Positions 46,137 through 58,585 are shown, numbered from the whole stretch's first letter. The stretch: DNA of 62,439 nt, filler included, from Globobulimina sp. (GCA_003354225.1; 18 parts of 18 records of this genome joined end to end with filler, not necessarily neighbours in it), one strand, 5' to 3'. A program made the numbers and translations. Notes: a model not told the origin generated them from the letters alone.

Positions 46137-46358
46137 CGAACTATTTTATTTTTTATTTGTTTTTACGTGTTTTTATAAGTTTTTGTTATAATTGTTTTGT
46201 TTGTGGTTTATATTTTTTTTATCAAACCTTGAATTAATATTTGAGTATTTATTATTATTAATATACCTTTGAAATATGAACGCTTTTGGTTTTAGGTCAG
46301 GCCTAATGTTTATGTTAAAGCAGTTTTTTGAAAATCCTGTAAGTTCAGCAAAGCGATC

Positions 46359-47770
46359 ATGGCAGCTCATCAACATGGTGCTGTCCAAGAACACCAAGAA
46401 GAAAAAGTACCACAAATTAATGAATTAGATGATGAACAAAAAAACATATCAAATAACAACGTGGTAACAACGGATCCAGGAACATTATCATATTTTGGTG
46501 ATGAAGATCATAATAAATTGAATATTCGTATCATTGACACGGAAGAAATAAAAGGAAGAATATTAAAACATACCTCGTTTTTAGTTGAATCTTCATTAAA
46601 AAACAACAAGACAGTATCTCGTCGGTATAATGATTTCAAATGGTTACATAATGTGTTATCAATTGAATATTTATGTATTTTTGTTCCCCCAATTCCACAG
46701 TCAAAGATCACCACTAAAATCTTAAATAAATTTAACAAAGAATTCATCTCTCAAAGACGTTATGATTTAGAACGTTTTTTAAATCGTATTTTTAATAATA
46801 AATTATTGGCCAAATCGCAATCAATTGAAGTATTTTTAACGCAGCAATCTCGCACAAGATTTGAGACGCAACAAAAAATTATAAAAGTTTTGTCTATATT
46901 TATGTGTAACATTTGTTAATTATTACTTCATACTGTCAACAGGAACAATTGTTGTCTCGTAATGACAAAGAGATTGCAATGTTTATTAAAACGAAATGTT
47001 TCCCAGATTTATTTTTTGCAGATAATGAGGAAAAACAAGAGATTGAAGATCAAGACATGGAGATTGAGAGCCCGGCAGATCATACCATTTATATGGAGGA
47101 GATTCCGCGGGCTCGAGAAGTATATATTCGCTCCAATGAAATATTTGTGGCGATGGAAAAAATTACAAGGAATGTATTTAAAATTATGACAAATATCGTT
47201 TCTGAAATAAATACAATGAATCAAGAATTGTACGGTTTATATGATATAGAAAACAATGAGAAGCCGCAGATTATGGAGAATGAATGGCAGAAAAGAGTGG
47301 AAATATGTGATTTTATTGGTAAATGGAGGCAATTTGAACAAAACCAGATGTGCTGTTTTTATAAATATTTTTTATTAAATTTAAAGTATGAACATCAAGA
47401 TTGTTTAGCGATTTTGGATATATTTGTGAGATATGAAATTGTGTTTAATAAATATAAGAAATTATCGAATATAAAAAAAAAGTTAACTAAAAAAAATGAT
47501 GTGGTGGTAAAAGTGGAAGAGAGTGGAGATGATATCAGCGATGCGTACGATGATAAGATAGTGAATAAAATGGGCAATGATGTTGGTGTTGATGATGAAA
47601 CCGAAGAGAAAATTAAAAATATTAAACTTTTATTAGATGCAGTATGTAAAATAATTTTACAAGAACAAATTCCAAAATTATGGAAAAAGAAAGCTGATGG
47701 TTTTAATGAGCAGATTGATCAATTTAGAAATAAATTTGTTCAATATGCTTTGGATGATGCTTACGTTTAA
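46359..47770 (+). CDS. Sorting nexin (PX domain plus helical BAR-like region); intron 46887-46942
   Basis: VSRRYNDFKWLH...VPPIPQ...FISQRRYDLERFLNRI...IEVFL is the PX signature. The splice joins the two ORFs in frame. Confidence 0.88.
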
Positions 47771-47996
47771 AATGTAATAACTTTGATCATCTGTGTATAT
47801 TTTAATTATTTACAATCGTTGATGTGGTCAGACTCGGATTAATCCCGTCTGACAACGCGAACAGAAGATTTATTTAAGCTGTTTTTTATCTTAGAAAAAG
47901 CTCTAAATGCCTTTAATGACAACTTGAAATTGACGCGCTCTTAACCTCATCCAAAGACTAAAGTATCCAAACATATCAAATCCATACCAATTCAAT

Positions 47997-48561
47997 ATGA
48001 AACTCTCAGTCTTACTCAGTTAAAACAAGTTTATGTGTTAATTGTGATGTATATCCAATAATTAATAATTAATGCACAAAATAAACAGCCATCACATCAA
48101 TATATTCATTCATATTCATTACCAATGGTATTGTTCTATACTAATATCCATCAAATAAACAATCTTCACAATTTGCCATACAAAAACATACAAATACCAA
48201 CATGTCTAAAACACCAAATACAAATACTAGGTCAAACATGTAATCCGGACTGTGCAGATTGTGATCATTCGCCATTTCGCTGTCTTGACGATACTGACCG
48301 TCGATGTATCTACGATTACGATGTAGGCAAATGCGTAGTAGATCAATGTGGTCCGGACTGTTCTTTATGTGATTCAAATCTCACAAATTGTGATGCAGAT
48401 CCACTATGTTTCTATTTAATTGATAATAGTGTCTGCAAATTATCAGAGACCTGCGTTTCAGACTGTACATTATGTACAGAAGCAACTGAATGTGAAAGTA
48501 TAGGTGCTGGCGGTAATGCCATTTGTCAATGGTATGAGTCACAATGTGTAGGCACATCGTG
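47997..48561 (+). CDS. Secreted Cys-rich repeat protein (introns 48019-48088 and 48128-48230; 3' truncated)
   Basis: The spliced signal peptide MKLSVLLTITSIYSFIFITNG is followed by three C-x-[PS]-DC-x-x-C repeats. Confidence 0.7.
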
Positions 48562-48676
48562 NNNNNNNNNNNNNNNNNNNNNNNNNNNNNNNNNNNNNNN
48601 NNNNNTTAATTAATTAANNNNNNNNNNNNNNNNNNNNNNNNNNNNNNNNNNNNNNNNNNNNTTGGGATGATGAAGA

Positions 48677-49944
48677 CTACTCGTCTTTCTTCGCCAAACA
48701 CGGCTTCTGATGACTGTCGTCGTGAACGTGTACATGTTTCTCCATACTCGGTTTCATGTCTTTCCGTTTCTGTTTCTTTTGATGGAGCTTGGCCTGTTTC
48801 CTTTGCGTAGCCATCTTGGCCCAAATACTCGTCTGCGGCTTGCTCGACGACGCAGTTTTTTTTATCTTATTCTTATGCACAATCATCTTGGACGGAGACT
48901 GTGTATGCGACAACGACTGCGATTTCTTACTATTCTTCCCCTGTTTCTTCGCCTTTTTCCCTGGTTTCTTGGGCGACTGCTTCTGACTTTGACTTTGCTT
49001 TTGCTTTTGCTTTTGATTCTGTTTCTGGCTTTTCTGCGGTTGATAGTTTGGATGCTTCCAATGCTTAAACACCAGCGGCAAGCCACGAAACTGTACATTT
49101 TGGATCTTATCCACCACATACTTGGTATCCTCCGCCTTATCGAACAACATAATACATTGATGAGAGCCGCGTTGGATTTTAGGAAATACGATCTCGATGT
49201 CATAGATCATATGCCTCCGTCGCAGGGTGTTGGTGGTTTTGTAGACCCAATTCTCGAAATCGCGCCGTCCCATAATACAATTTACATTTTGGATCTTGAC
49301 CCGATAGCCGTTCTGCTGCCGTTGCAAACTGCCATGATGCGAGTTGTTGGGCAACGGGATAATGTCGGCCACCACGGTGCGGCCCCAACATTTGACGCGA
49401 TGGTCGCGCGTGTTTTTGATGAATAGGTTGGCGATGGCGGGCGTCTTCGCAGTGAAGAAGCCCAAACGGATACGATTGGAGATGTAGGCATCGCCGATGT
49501 GTTTGCCGGTGTGTTGCGAGATATGGCGCACCAAATCGGGTATCAATTTACTGTCGTTCCACTCGGGCGAGATACCGATGGATAGGTAATGTTTGTTGGG
49601 CTGTTCTGGGATGATTTGAGCGGCCGCAGTCACAGCGGCGGGCTTAGTGGCGCTTTGTGGTGGCGTTTGGGTGTCGGTTTTGGCTCTGTGGTCTTTGCAA
49701 TCGACGGCATCGTCGAGGTTTATTGCCTTGGCATTTGATGATGCGGTTAATTGAGTGTCAGTGGCAGTGGTTGTGGTGGTGGTGGTGGTGGCCGGTGTGG
49801 ATTGCTTTGGATGGGATGGAGTGGAATTGTTGGCATTTTGCGTGTGTTTGTGTTTGTGGTCTTTGGTGGGTGTATGGACGGGTTTGGGTTTGCTTTTTTT
49901 TTGCCACGGGGATTGATGCGATTTTTTGGAGTTGAGGATGACAT
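48677..49944 (-). CDS. RNA-binding protein with two divergent RRM-like domains and K/Q-rich tails; one missing A near 49894-49902
   Basis: YRVKIQNV...QCIMLFDKAEDTKYVVDKIQNVQFRGLPLVF has RRM spacing. The upstream frame is open back to the A9 run and joins ATG 49944 if one A is added. Confidence 0.55.
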
Positions 49945-50117
49945 TCGATTTTTTGTAATTTGAAGATGAATGGCTATTGTTCAGATTGATGGAATGATAG
50001 CCACCGTTTCGGTTATCCCGATTGTAACGTGATTGATTTTTATATTGACTGGTTAGATTCTGATGGTTTTGGTCCTTTTTACATTTAATTTTATTTTGTT
50101 AGTTTTAGCATGCACGG

Positions 50118-50810
50118 TTACGCAAAATCGCATGTATTTTTGATTAATAATTGAATGGACATTGGGGGGCATTTACATACATGTTTGAATGTGATGAGAT
50201 GGTCACTGTTTTGCTCATCGTATCCGATATGAAAGGTGGATTTAAATCGAATGGCGATGCCGTGGGAGGTGGGTTCGTGGGATTTGAATTGAGGGAATTT
50301 GTGGTTGTGTCGCTTTTTCATGTTTTTCAGAGTGACCTGCTTTGGATTGGAGGTGGACTCATTCAAAATGTCTTTGACGCGTTGGATTAAGCGAATGTTG
50401 GGTCGTTCTATATATCGATAGTTTTTCTTGGATTTGTGGCTATTGTCCTTGGAGGAAGAGGAAGAGTCATTAGATTTGGATTCGTTGTCTCTTTTATCCG
50501 ATGCATGTTGATAAAGTAAGATGAATTTATCGGTTTGGTCCACAGAATGTAATAATTTGCAATATCGAAATTTGCATTTATTACAACAATCATCCAATTC
50601 AACCACTAAATAAATCATGTTGTTGTTACCTGCATTGCGCTCAAATTGGATAAAGGGTAATTCGCGTAATTCCGTCGTGTTTAATTTGCGATTATATTGT
50701 TTCTTGTAGGCCTCAATTAAGTCATTACAGCGTAAGGCTGTGCGACGTTTGGATTTAAATAATTTGTATATCTCATCCGCGAAATTTTGTTCCTTTTTTT
50801 TTAATTTTAT
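50118..50810 (-). CDS. Hypothetical protein, possibly with LOTUS/OST-HTH-like segments
   Basis: The frame is open upstream of the tracked ORF (EIYKLFK...NDLIEAYKKQYNRKLN...LPFIQF), loosely resembling LOTUS. This is a weak match. Confidence 0.25.
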   Translation of the reverse strand: MKLKKKEQNFADEIYKLFKSKRRTALRCNDLIEAYKKQYNRKLNTTELRELPFIQFERNAGNNNMIYLVVELDDCCNKCKFRYCKLLHSVDQTDKFILLYQHASDKRDNESKSNDSSSSSKDNSHKSKKNYRYIERPNIRLIQRVKDILNESTSNPKQVTLKNMKKRHNHKFPQFKSHEPTSHGIAIRFKSTFHIGYDEQNSDHLITFKHVCKCPPMSIQLLIKNTCDFA

Positions 50811-51154
50811 CAGTTAGATATTTAATTGCATGCAACACATAAAAAGGATAATACTAACTTGCATTGGATATCAAATCCAACAACAACAATTGTAGAATAA
50901 AAACTATATTTGCTAAATACTGAATGGAGAGCAAGTATCAGTGCTGAGAAAAATAAACAATATTGAAAATTTTCATCATATTTTCAAAAAAAAACAACCC
51001 GCTTCAGTTCTAGCAACATCAAAATACCACAACTGTCACAACAACTGTTTACATTCATTAGTTTACATTCATTTCCACTACAAAGTGAAATATGCTTCAA
51101 TTATTGCCAAACTTAATACAAACAACAAATGCAAAAGATGCTTGGTATCTATAT

Positions 51155-51438
51155 AATTGACTTTTTAGGCTTAAACTTCTAAACACTTCTTTTGTGATTG
51201 GCAAGGTTTTTGGGTTAGCTAGAGTGGTTTTCAACTTTGAATACTAGGATTCGAAACCTATGCCAACTTCGAATACTAGGTTGAAAACCACTCTAACTAA
51301 CCCAAAAACCTTGCCAATCATAAAAATTACTTCGTCCGGCAGTTTTGGCTACGGAGGATTTCTGAGTCTGCCTGGCAGACTGAACTCCGGAACACACATA
51401 AAAGAAGTGTTTAGAAGTTTAAGCCTAAAAAGTCAATT
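51155..51438. mobile_element. Foldback/MITE-like element with ~81-bp inverted arms; the right arm is interrupted by a 71-bp insert flanked by CATAAAA direct repeats
   Basis: 51155-51193 is a perfect 39-bp inverted match to 51400-51438. 51195-51235 matches 51280-51320 with one mismatch. The insert spans 51326-51396. Confidence 0.8.
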
Positions 51439-51615
51439 GAGTATTCGAGCATTGGAAATCTAGGATAAACACAATGCAAATATCATAATTATCATCATTA
51501 GTAATTTAATCATCGCTGTGAAGCCAACAAGGGAGACAGGGGTCATATTAAAATATTAAATAAAACACCACGAGGACAATGTATTCTGTATTATTTGTCA
51601 GTATCAGGGAAAACA

Positions 51616-52032
51616 TTAATGGTAATCTTCATCAATATCACCGCTGACATTAATGATAACCGTTCTATTATTAGTTTCTGCACCTTTTTTAATCAACGAT
51701 TTAACTTTTACCGCAATACAAATATAGCAAACAACAGTTAACGCACAAATCACAACAAATAATATCATTTGCAATGTATTATCAAATCCGCCATTTGATA
51801 TAATTTTAGTCACTGATTTTATCTCAGCGCCAAACACTGAAAATAATATGGATCCGGGAATGAAACCAACTAAATTTCCGATAATGTTTTCTTTGATTGA
51901 CACTGAATCGATTTGCAATGAAAATAAATAATTTAATAAACCATTATTTAAATATGGTAATCGCAATAATATTATTATCTTAATCGGTGATCCAGCAACA
52001 AATAATTTTCTCAAAAACGAAACTTGTCCAAT
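51616..52032 (-). CDS. VTT/SNARE-associated (DedA, TMEM41/TMEM64-like) membrane protein, C-terminal part
   Basis: IILLRLPYLNNGLLNYLFS...IGNLVGFIPGSILFSVFG fits the R-x-x-P...NY...G-x-x-P pattern. Confidence 0.75.
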   Translation of the reverse strand: MGQVSFLRKLFVAGSPIKIIILLRLPYLNNGLLNYLFSLQIDSVSIKENIIGNLVGFIPGSILFSVFGAEIKSVTKIISNGGFDNTLQMILFVVICALTVVCYICIAVKVKSLIKKGAETNNRTVIINVSGDIDEDYH

Positions 52033-52132
52033 NNNNNNNNNNNNNNNNNNNNNNNNNNNNNNNNNNNNNNNNNNNNTTAATTAATTAANNNNNNNNNNNN
52101 NNNNNNNNNNNNNNNNNNNNNNNNNNNNNNNN

Positions 52133-53635
52133 TTCCGCCAACAAATCCGCCAACTTTAAATGGACATGTCTATCCTCAAATAATTTCTCTTCATACTCAG
52201 TTAACGGAATATCATACTCCAAACTGTGTTCTTTTCTTAACATCGCATGATATGACCCCAATGCCAGTACGCCGGGCATAAAACAAACTAATTCTTCCAT
52301 TGCACCATCTCCATAAAAATAATAAGCGGTTTCTCTGCGCTGCGCATCGTGAACCATTTGCAATTTTATTTCATTCGCATGCGATATCGCCTGTACATAC
52401 ATTTTAATCGCTAACTTGTTTTCATATTTGGTTAAGATCCATAGTTTCAACAAATACTCATAAAAAGAGTCACTCATTCCGCCCAATGTCAGTTTCCCTG
52501 TTAACCGCAACGGCATTGTTTCTGGATCGATTAATCGAGGAAATAATCCTTGCAAATCCTTCTCATTTAATAACTTCAGCACATTCGAAGATTTTGCATA
52601 ATATTTTGCATCGCCGCTGTATTGCGATAACGCATAAAACTCCAATTGATTTGACCCAATCTCTGCCAGTACAGAATTGCCAGCCGTCCATCCATAGTTT
52701 TCTATCTTCCCCGTCTTCAAATTAACCATCGATTTGGGAATACCTGAGCTCGTTGAAAACGCTGCCAATAAATTGTTGGCTAAACCTGTAGCTTTGGATA
52801 AAATAATCTTGTCATACTGCTGTAACTCCGATGCATTAAAACTTGAATAATCCGCAAGAGATTGCAACATAATTTGATTCATTGTATATGCACCAATCAA
52901 GCCTCCCAAATGACGTATTGTTGTCTCAAAGAAAGATACTTTTAAATCTTTATTGAAATCAATGCTTTGTAATGTATGCATAGCAACTTTGTATTCGTCG
53001 TATAAGCCCATTAATAGCATTGTGTCCAATGCGTCAATCAAAGTGGCTCCCATTGCACCCCAGACATCATTCGCTATGCCATCCACTGGAGATAGGCCGT
53101 CGTGGCCCAATGCACGTTCAGCATAGGAATGCCATGCAAATGTAAATGCGGATTTAATTTGTGTTGCTCTCTCTGATGAAATCACTCGATGTGCATTGGA
53201 CTGTTTTTGATCCGTATTTATAGAAATAACAATATTATGTGTTGATTGCAATATTTTTTGTAAGTTTGTTGTTGGTTCCTCTGTTTGTATCGGCATTGTT
53301 GTTGTGGATGTGTTAGATGTGGGAGGTATTGATCTGTCTAACATAGTTAAGTCACGTATTATATGATCTGTTGGATTGAACCCTTGAATTAATACAATTA
53401 TTAGAATGACGATTAACATGCAACATGTGAAGCATAACATGATTGATGCAATGGTTTTTGTGTCACTTGATTGAAACTTTACAAGCACATTGAATAATTC
53501 CTTTTGGATCGCTTTCAGACATTTTTTACGATATGTTGCAGATCCAAGTCGTTTTTTGTTCAACATGCTTTGAACAACTGACAAAACTTCACAGTGTTTT
53601 TCATTCCTTAAGCTTGACTTACTAGAATAGCACAT
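52133..53635 (-). CDS. Class I alpha-1,2-mannosidase (GH47), type II membrane protein (3' truncated)
   Basis: AWHSY...GHDGLSP, GATLIDALDT, VSFFETTIRHLGGL, LAEIGSNQLEF, DSFYEYLLK and CFMPG, with an N-terminal TM helix and a Thr-rich stem. Confidence 0.95.
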
Positions 53636-53719
53636 ATTTGAAACACTGCCTCTTTATAGTCTATGGGCGTATGAATGTATAATATTCTTCACTAAGTATA
53701 TTGCATTGCATCAAGTCCA

Positions 53720-55123
53720 TTATTGTCGTCCTTTCCAAGATATTTGATTTGAATAATTAGCAAGAATATAATTCATTCTTGAGCCACGTTTGTCAGCTTC
53801 AGGTTGTTGCAAAACTAACTTATATTCAGCCCTCCAATTTTCACAATATTTTTGCTTATAATTTGCAATCGCTTGGTTCACATATTTATATAAATGGTAA
53901 AGAATCCAAACATGTCTATTTTCCTGCGTTGAATCTCTATTATTAAACAATACCATCGCTGTATTATTACTTATATCCATTTCAACCAATAATGGAATCT
54001 GACAGTTATACAATATATCAGTTGGTACATGTCCTTTATGCCAATTCCATCCGCCCAATCGAATGGTTCCTTTATTGCGATTGTCGCCTAACCAATATCC
54101 TTGACAATGATGTATGATATGAAATCCATATTGCTCACTCCCAATATCTTTATCTTCATTTACTATCCATTCCCAATTCAAATCATACCAATTCTCCATA
54201 TAAACACTCGAAGCGGGCCCACTGATCATACTCAATAAATATTCATGCTTTAAATCATAAAATGCGGACGCGATGGTGAATGAGTACATTTCTGCTAAAA
54301 TAGATGGCTGTGGCTCCCATTTCAATGCTAAGGGACTAAATTCAACCCATTTGGGTGCTACTTTCAGCCAATCCGTCTTATGCATCATATATGGCGGACC
54401 TATACGTAACATATTTATATATAGCGGCGCATGCATCCAATGCTGTATTCACATACCGACACTGTAATAACTCCAAGCTTCTCTGCTTGTCATTTTGCAG
54501 CTTGGTGTATCATCGCAAAAACCAGTCCAATCCACCCATTTCCCGCCAATTCCGTATTTCTGTGATACGGGATGTCCTCTACGAACCCACAGATCCCTCT
54601 TTCTATGATTGTGCTCTGTTGTTGTTTTGGCCAATGCTGCTGCAATTTTATCGGCTTCGTTTTTCATGTGAAATAAGAACGGTTTTAATATAATAAAATC
54701 CGGATCCAGTAATACGATGACATTCTCATAAATATTATTATCTGGATCGAATAGCCATTGTTTAAATCCAAATGGTTTATTAAAATATACGAATGAATGA
54801 TCATTTATATTTGCATAATCTTTTACAAAATAAAATAATATTCTATTATCATCATTTGGTATTGCTGTTGTATTTGCTAATAATCTGTCTGCGTCAGTGT
54901 TGCATCCGGCTGCTATTCTTGTGATACGACCGGGCTGTTTCACTTTGGCCCATGAATATAATAATACTTCTGATTGCCAGTTCTGATATCCTGAACATCC
55001 GCTTGATATTACCATATGAATGTCATCATAGGTTCCTTCAATCAGGCGAGATAATTCAGAAACAGTTGTTACACTAACATGGAAAGTCAGACTGGTAACC
55101 AGTACCAAGTAAAACAGAGTCAT
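53720..55123 (-). CDS. HPAT/SGT-like glycosyltransferase (hydroxyproline O-arabinosyltransferase / peptidyl-serine alpha-galactosyltransferase family); intron 54400-54456
   Basis: SSGCSGYQNWQS, QPGRITRIAAGC, YFNKP, LLDPD (DxD), SQKYGIG, YSVG|PPYMMH and AEMYSF, with an N-terminal hydrophobic segment. Confidence 0.8.
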
Positions 55124-55602
55124 TGTTAAAGTGGATATATGTTGAGTTCATCAGTTGTTGCACGTGTGTTCCATTATAAATTATAAACTTGGAAGATTTT
55201 CAGAATTTATAAATTATAATTTAAAACAAAACGGTTAGACTTGGGACAACACCCTTTTCTCCAGACCAGACCATTGCATGACTTAGTCACGACTTACTTC
55301 ACGACATATTGATGTTTGCTTGTTTTCTGCTGATGTTTGTTTTAATGTAAAAAAAAGGAAATTGTTTTTTGGGGGAAAAACTACACTTCCTTTCCATCTT
55401 ACATTTCAAGACAATCCTTGCACAAAGAGACAGATCCACACAACGAAAAATGGAGAAATTTCTAGAACTACTTAATCTGTTAATCCTTGCATTGGTGATG
55501 ATNNNNNNNNNNNNNNNNNNNNNNNNNNNNNNNNNNNNNNNNNNNNTTAATTAATTAANNNNNNNNNNNNNNNNNNNNNNNNNNNNNNNNNNNNNNNNNN
55601 NN

Positions 55603-57097
55603 TATGAGGCAGAACGCAGTGACAAACAATATGAGTTACAGTCATTCAAAGCGCGTCTCTCAAATATGGGCGATTTGCAGGCACAGTTAAAACAAACCCA
55701 ATCTGCGGCAACATTGTTAATCGCGGATAATAATTCGTTGTTATTGTCGGTGCATGAAAGTGATACACAACATCGAATTGAACGCACCAAATATACTGAA
55801 GTGGTTCGGGAAGCTGCCGAATATAAGAAATTGGCCAAGGAATTGCGAGATATAAATGATAAGTACAATGATAAAAATGAGTCATTAACTGAGAAACAAA
55901 GCAATTTGGAAGAAGAGAACCAGAACTTGCGACAGTTAGTGTTGCAGTATGAAACCGAAAATACGCAACAATTTGCGGACTATCATCAGCAGATCGATGA
56001 GTATAAAAATGAAATGCAATCTTTGCAAAAGGAAAATATTCAACAAAAAGTGAAATGGTTTACGCCAGGTATGTGATGGTGGAAAATAGTGTGCAAAGCA
56101 TGGCGATGCGTCATGTTCAAAGTAAGTGACTTAAGATTTTGAGTGAAAATGTTTTTTTCCATGGCATCCACATAAATGGCACACTTTTTTCCGCACTCTA
56201 GAGGAAGATGATGGAGCTATAGACGTAGAACAATTTCGACGCCAACGAAGACGCAGAATGACGCTACAAAACGAGCACGAAGATGGTGACACATTTGATG
56301 AGAATTATACATTGGATTCAGAGCTACAAAACAGCGGTGTTATACGTGGCCGATCGCGCAGGAATACCATTAAAATGTGGTATGACGTCCACCAGAGACG
56401 TGCCTCTCGAATGTCATTACCTACCGAGGAGCAATTGATCCAAGAAGAGAATGCCATGGAGCGGCAAGACACTGCACAGTCTATATACTCCCATCAGGAC
56501 GCACATACATACAAAACCAAAGAGAATATCTTTGAGGACGCAGTGGCGCAGGAAATAAAAATCGAACTTCGCAAGCAAATCGAGAAGGAATTGAGTGAGG
56601 ACTATGCGCTGAAACTGCGACAGAAAGATATTGAATTACAGATGAAATTGCATCGCGAGAAGACAGTGTTGGAAGAGGAGCATAGGAAATACAGAGAGGA
56701 CTGCGATAAACGCATTGATGGCTTACATTGCCAGTTGACAGAGTATAGGAAGAATGATGCGGAGTTGGTGTGCATCGGTGAGAATTTGTCGTTTGATGCG
56801 GAGGATATGCGTTTATCGTCGGATAAGTCGGAGTATTCGGAGAATTCTGACGATGAAAAGGATGTGTTTGATGAGAATATGATGATTGATGAGTATGGGT
56901 ACAATTATAATGAGGTGGAACAACCGTTGACTGGCAATTATAAGGAGAAGAAGGATGGCTTTTATGTGGAGAGTGTGCTGCAGAATGACGAGGATAAAAA
57001 GAAGAAAAGGAAAAGGAAAAAGAAAAAAAAGAAAAGTGGGGATGAGAGTGATGGATGTTTTACTTGTTTTGGACTGTTTACTGGGACTGGAGTGTAA
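55603..57097 (+). CDS. Coiled-coil protein with a C-terminal polybasic + Cys tail (5' truncated; intron(s) between ~56069 and ~56202)
   Basis: E/K/Q-rich helical ORFs lie on either side of GTATGT/GTAAGT donors. The protein ends KKKKRKRKKKKKKSGDESDGCFTCFGLF. Confidence 0.55.
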
Positions 57098-57379
57098 TAC
57101 GCATATTGTAATATATTGTCTTGTTTTTTTGTACGATGGACGTTTACAATCACAATTATTATTTTTAATTTAGCTTTTTTCTTAATGTAACCTTTTCCTT
57201 TGCATCTTTGTAATATACGAACAAAGCAATTCTGTCACCATCATGAAGAAGAAGAAGAAATTATTTTTATGCACATAAAGTTTTGAAGAAAAAACTACAG
57301 TTTTTGAGACAGTAAATACAGACACGCAATAAAGCAGCTCCTCCCATTTTCATTGGTCACTGCAATCAAATTTGAACCA

Positions 57380-58338
57380 ATGGCAGATCGCGGACGAGGA
57401 TTTGGAGGTGGTTTCCGCCGTGGCGGTGGACGCGGATTTGGTGGAGGTCGTGGCTTTGGCGGCCGTGGCTTCGGTCGAGGCCGAGGATTCGGTGATCGCG
57501 GCAGAGGCAGAGGCCGTGGACGAGGCTTTGGTTCCCGCGGTCGAGGTCGTGGGCGGGGCAGAGGCCGTGGCCGTGGTCGAGGTCGAGGCTCCAAAGAAGA
57601 ATGGACCCCCGTGACCAAATTAGGGCGCTTAGTCATGAACGGCAAATTCGCCTCAATCACCGACATTTTTTTATATTCCATACGCATCAAAGAGCCCGAA
57701 ATTGTGGATTTTTATTTTAGTTTAGTAATCAGATGGTTTGAGTGCAAGGATCGACACAATTTAAACACCAAAATAATATAACAACAGGCTCTGAGACAGG
57801 CGAAGGAGGCCCAGAATTGAAGGACGAAATCATGAAAATCAAGCCAGTGCAAAAGCAAACCTCCGCGGGGCAGCGCACGCGATTCAAGGCGTGGGTGGCT
57901 GTGGGCGATTATAAGGCTCACGTTGGTTTAGGGCAGAAGTGCGCCGCCGAAGTGGGTATAGCTATCCGCGGCGCGCATCTCTTGGCGAAATTGAGTCTGA
58001 TCCCGGTGAGGAAGGGCTATTGGGGCAGTAAGTTGGGGACACCGCATACGGTGCCATGCAAATTGACGGGCAAATGTGGCTCGTGCCGGGTGCGCTTGAT
58101 ACCGGCTCCTCGCGGGACCGGTTTGGTGGCGGCCACTGTGACCAAGAAAGTGTTGGCCATGGCCGGCATCGAGGATGTTTATTGTCGGTCCACGGGGCAG
58201 ACCCGAACCACTGGCAATTTCATAGTGGCGTGCTTTTTGGCGCTGAGGAAGTCATATAAGATATTGACGCCTGATCTATGGGGCGGCGTGGAGTTATTGC
58301 AAAACCCATTGGATGTATATCCGGATAATAAGAAATGA
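57380..58338 (+). CDS. RPS2: 40S ribosomal protein S2 (uS5); intron 57720-57787
   Basis: RG/FG-rich N-terminus, [21 protein letters not shown]|, [29 protein letters not shown]...PHTVPCK...LIPAPRGTG and LTPDLW. Confidence 0.97.
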
Positions 58339-58585
58339 GATGGACGCAAAATATAAAAGGACATTTTGAAAATTTATTATGTGTTTAACAAACAGTGTAT
58401 AATGTGCTGTCTGATATCGTTTTGCGATGACTTTTATGTTTGCTGCAGGTGAACGTCTAAATAGTTTTTCATTTTGTAGATTTTCTATCAAATTGGAAAT
58501 TGTAATCAGAAATTGTAATAACTCTTTTTGGTCAGTGCATAAACACGAACTGAGCAATTAATTAAAGTAAAAAACCTCTGGGAGA

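Noticed and set aside
51326-51396. Hammerhead or HDV-like ribozyme in the insert
   Set aside because: The minus strand has GGACGAAG, but no CTGANGA core is correctly placed and I could not build an HDV pseudoknot by eye.
51260-51463. 67-aa ORF inside the foldback element
   Set aside because: It has no transposase or other motif and overlaps the inverted-repeat arms, so it is probably incidental.
57295-57690. Pro/Arg-repeat protein on the minus strand
   Set aside because: It is the antisense shadow of the RG-rich N-terminus of RPS2.
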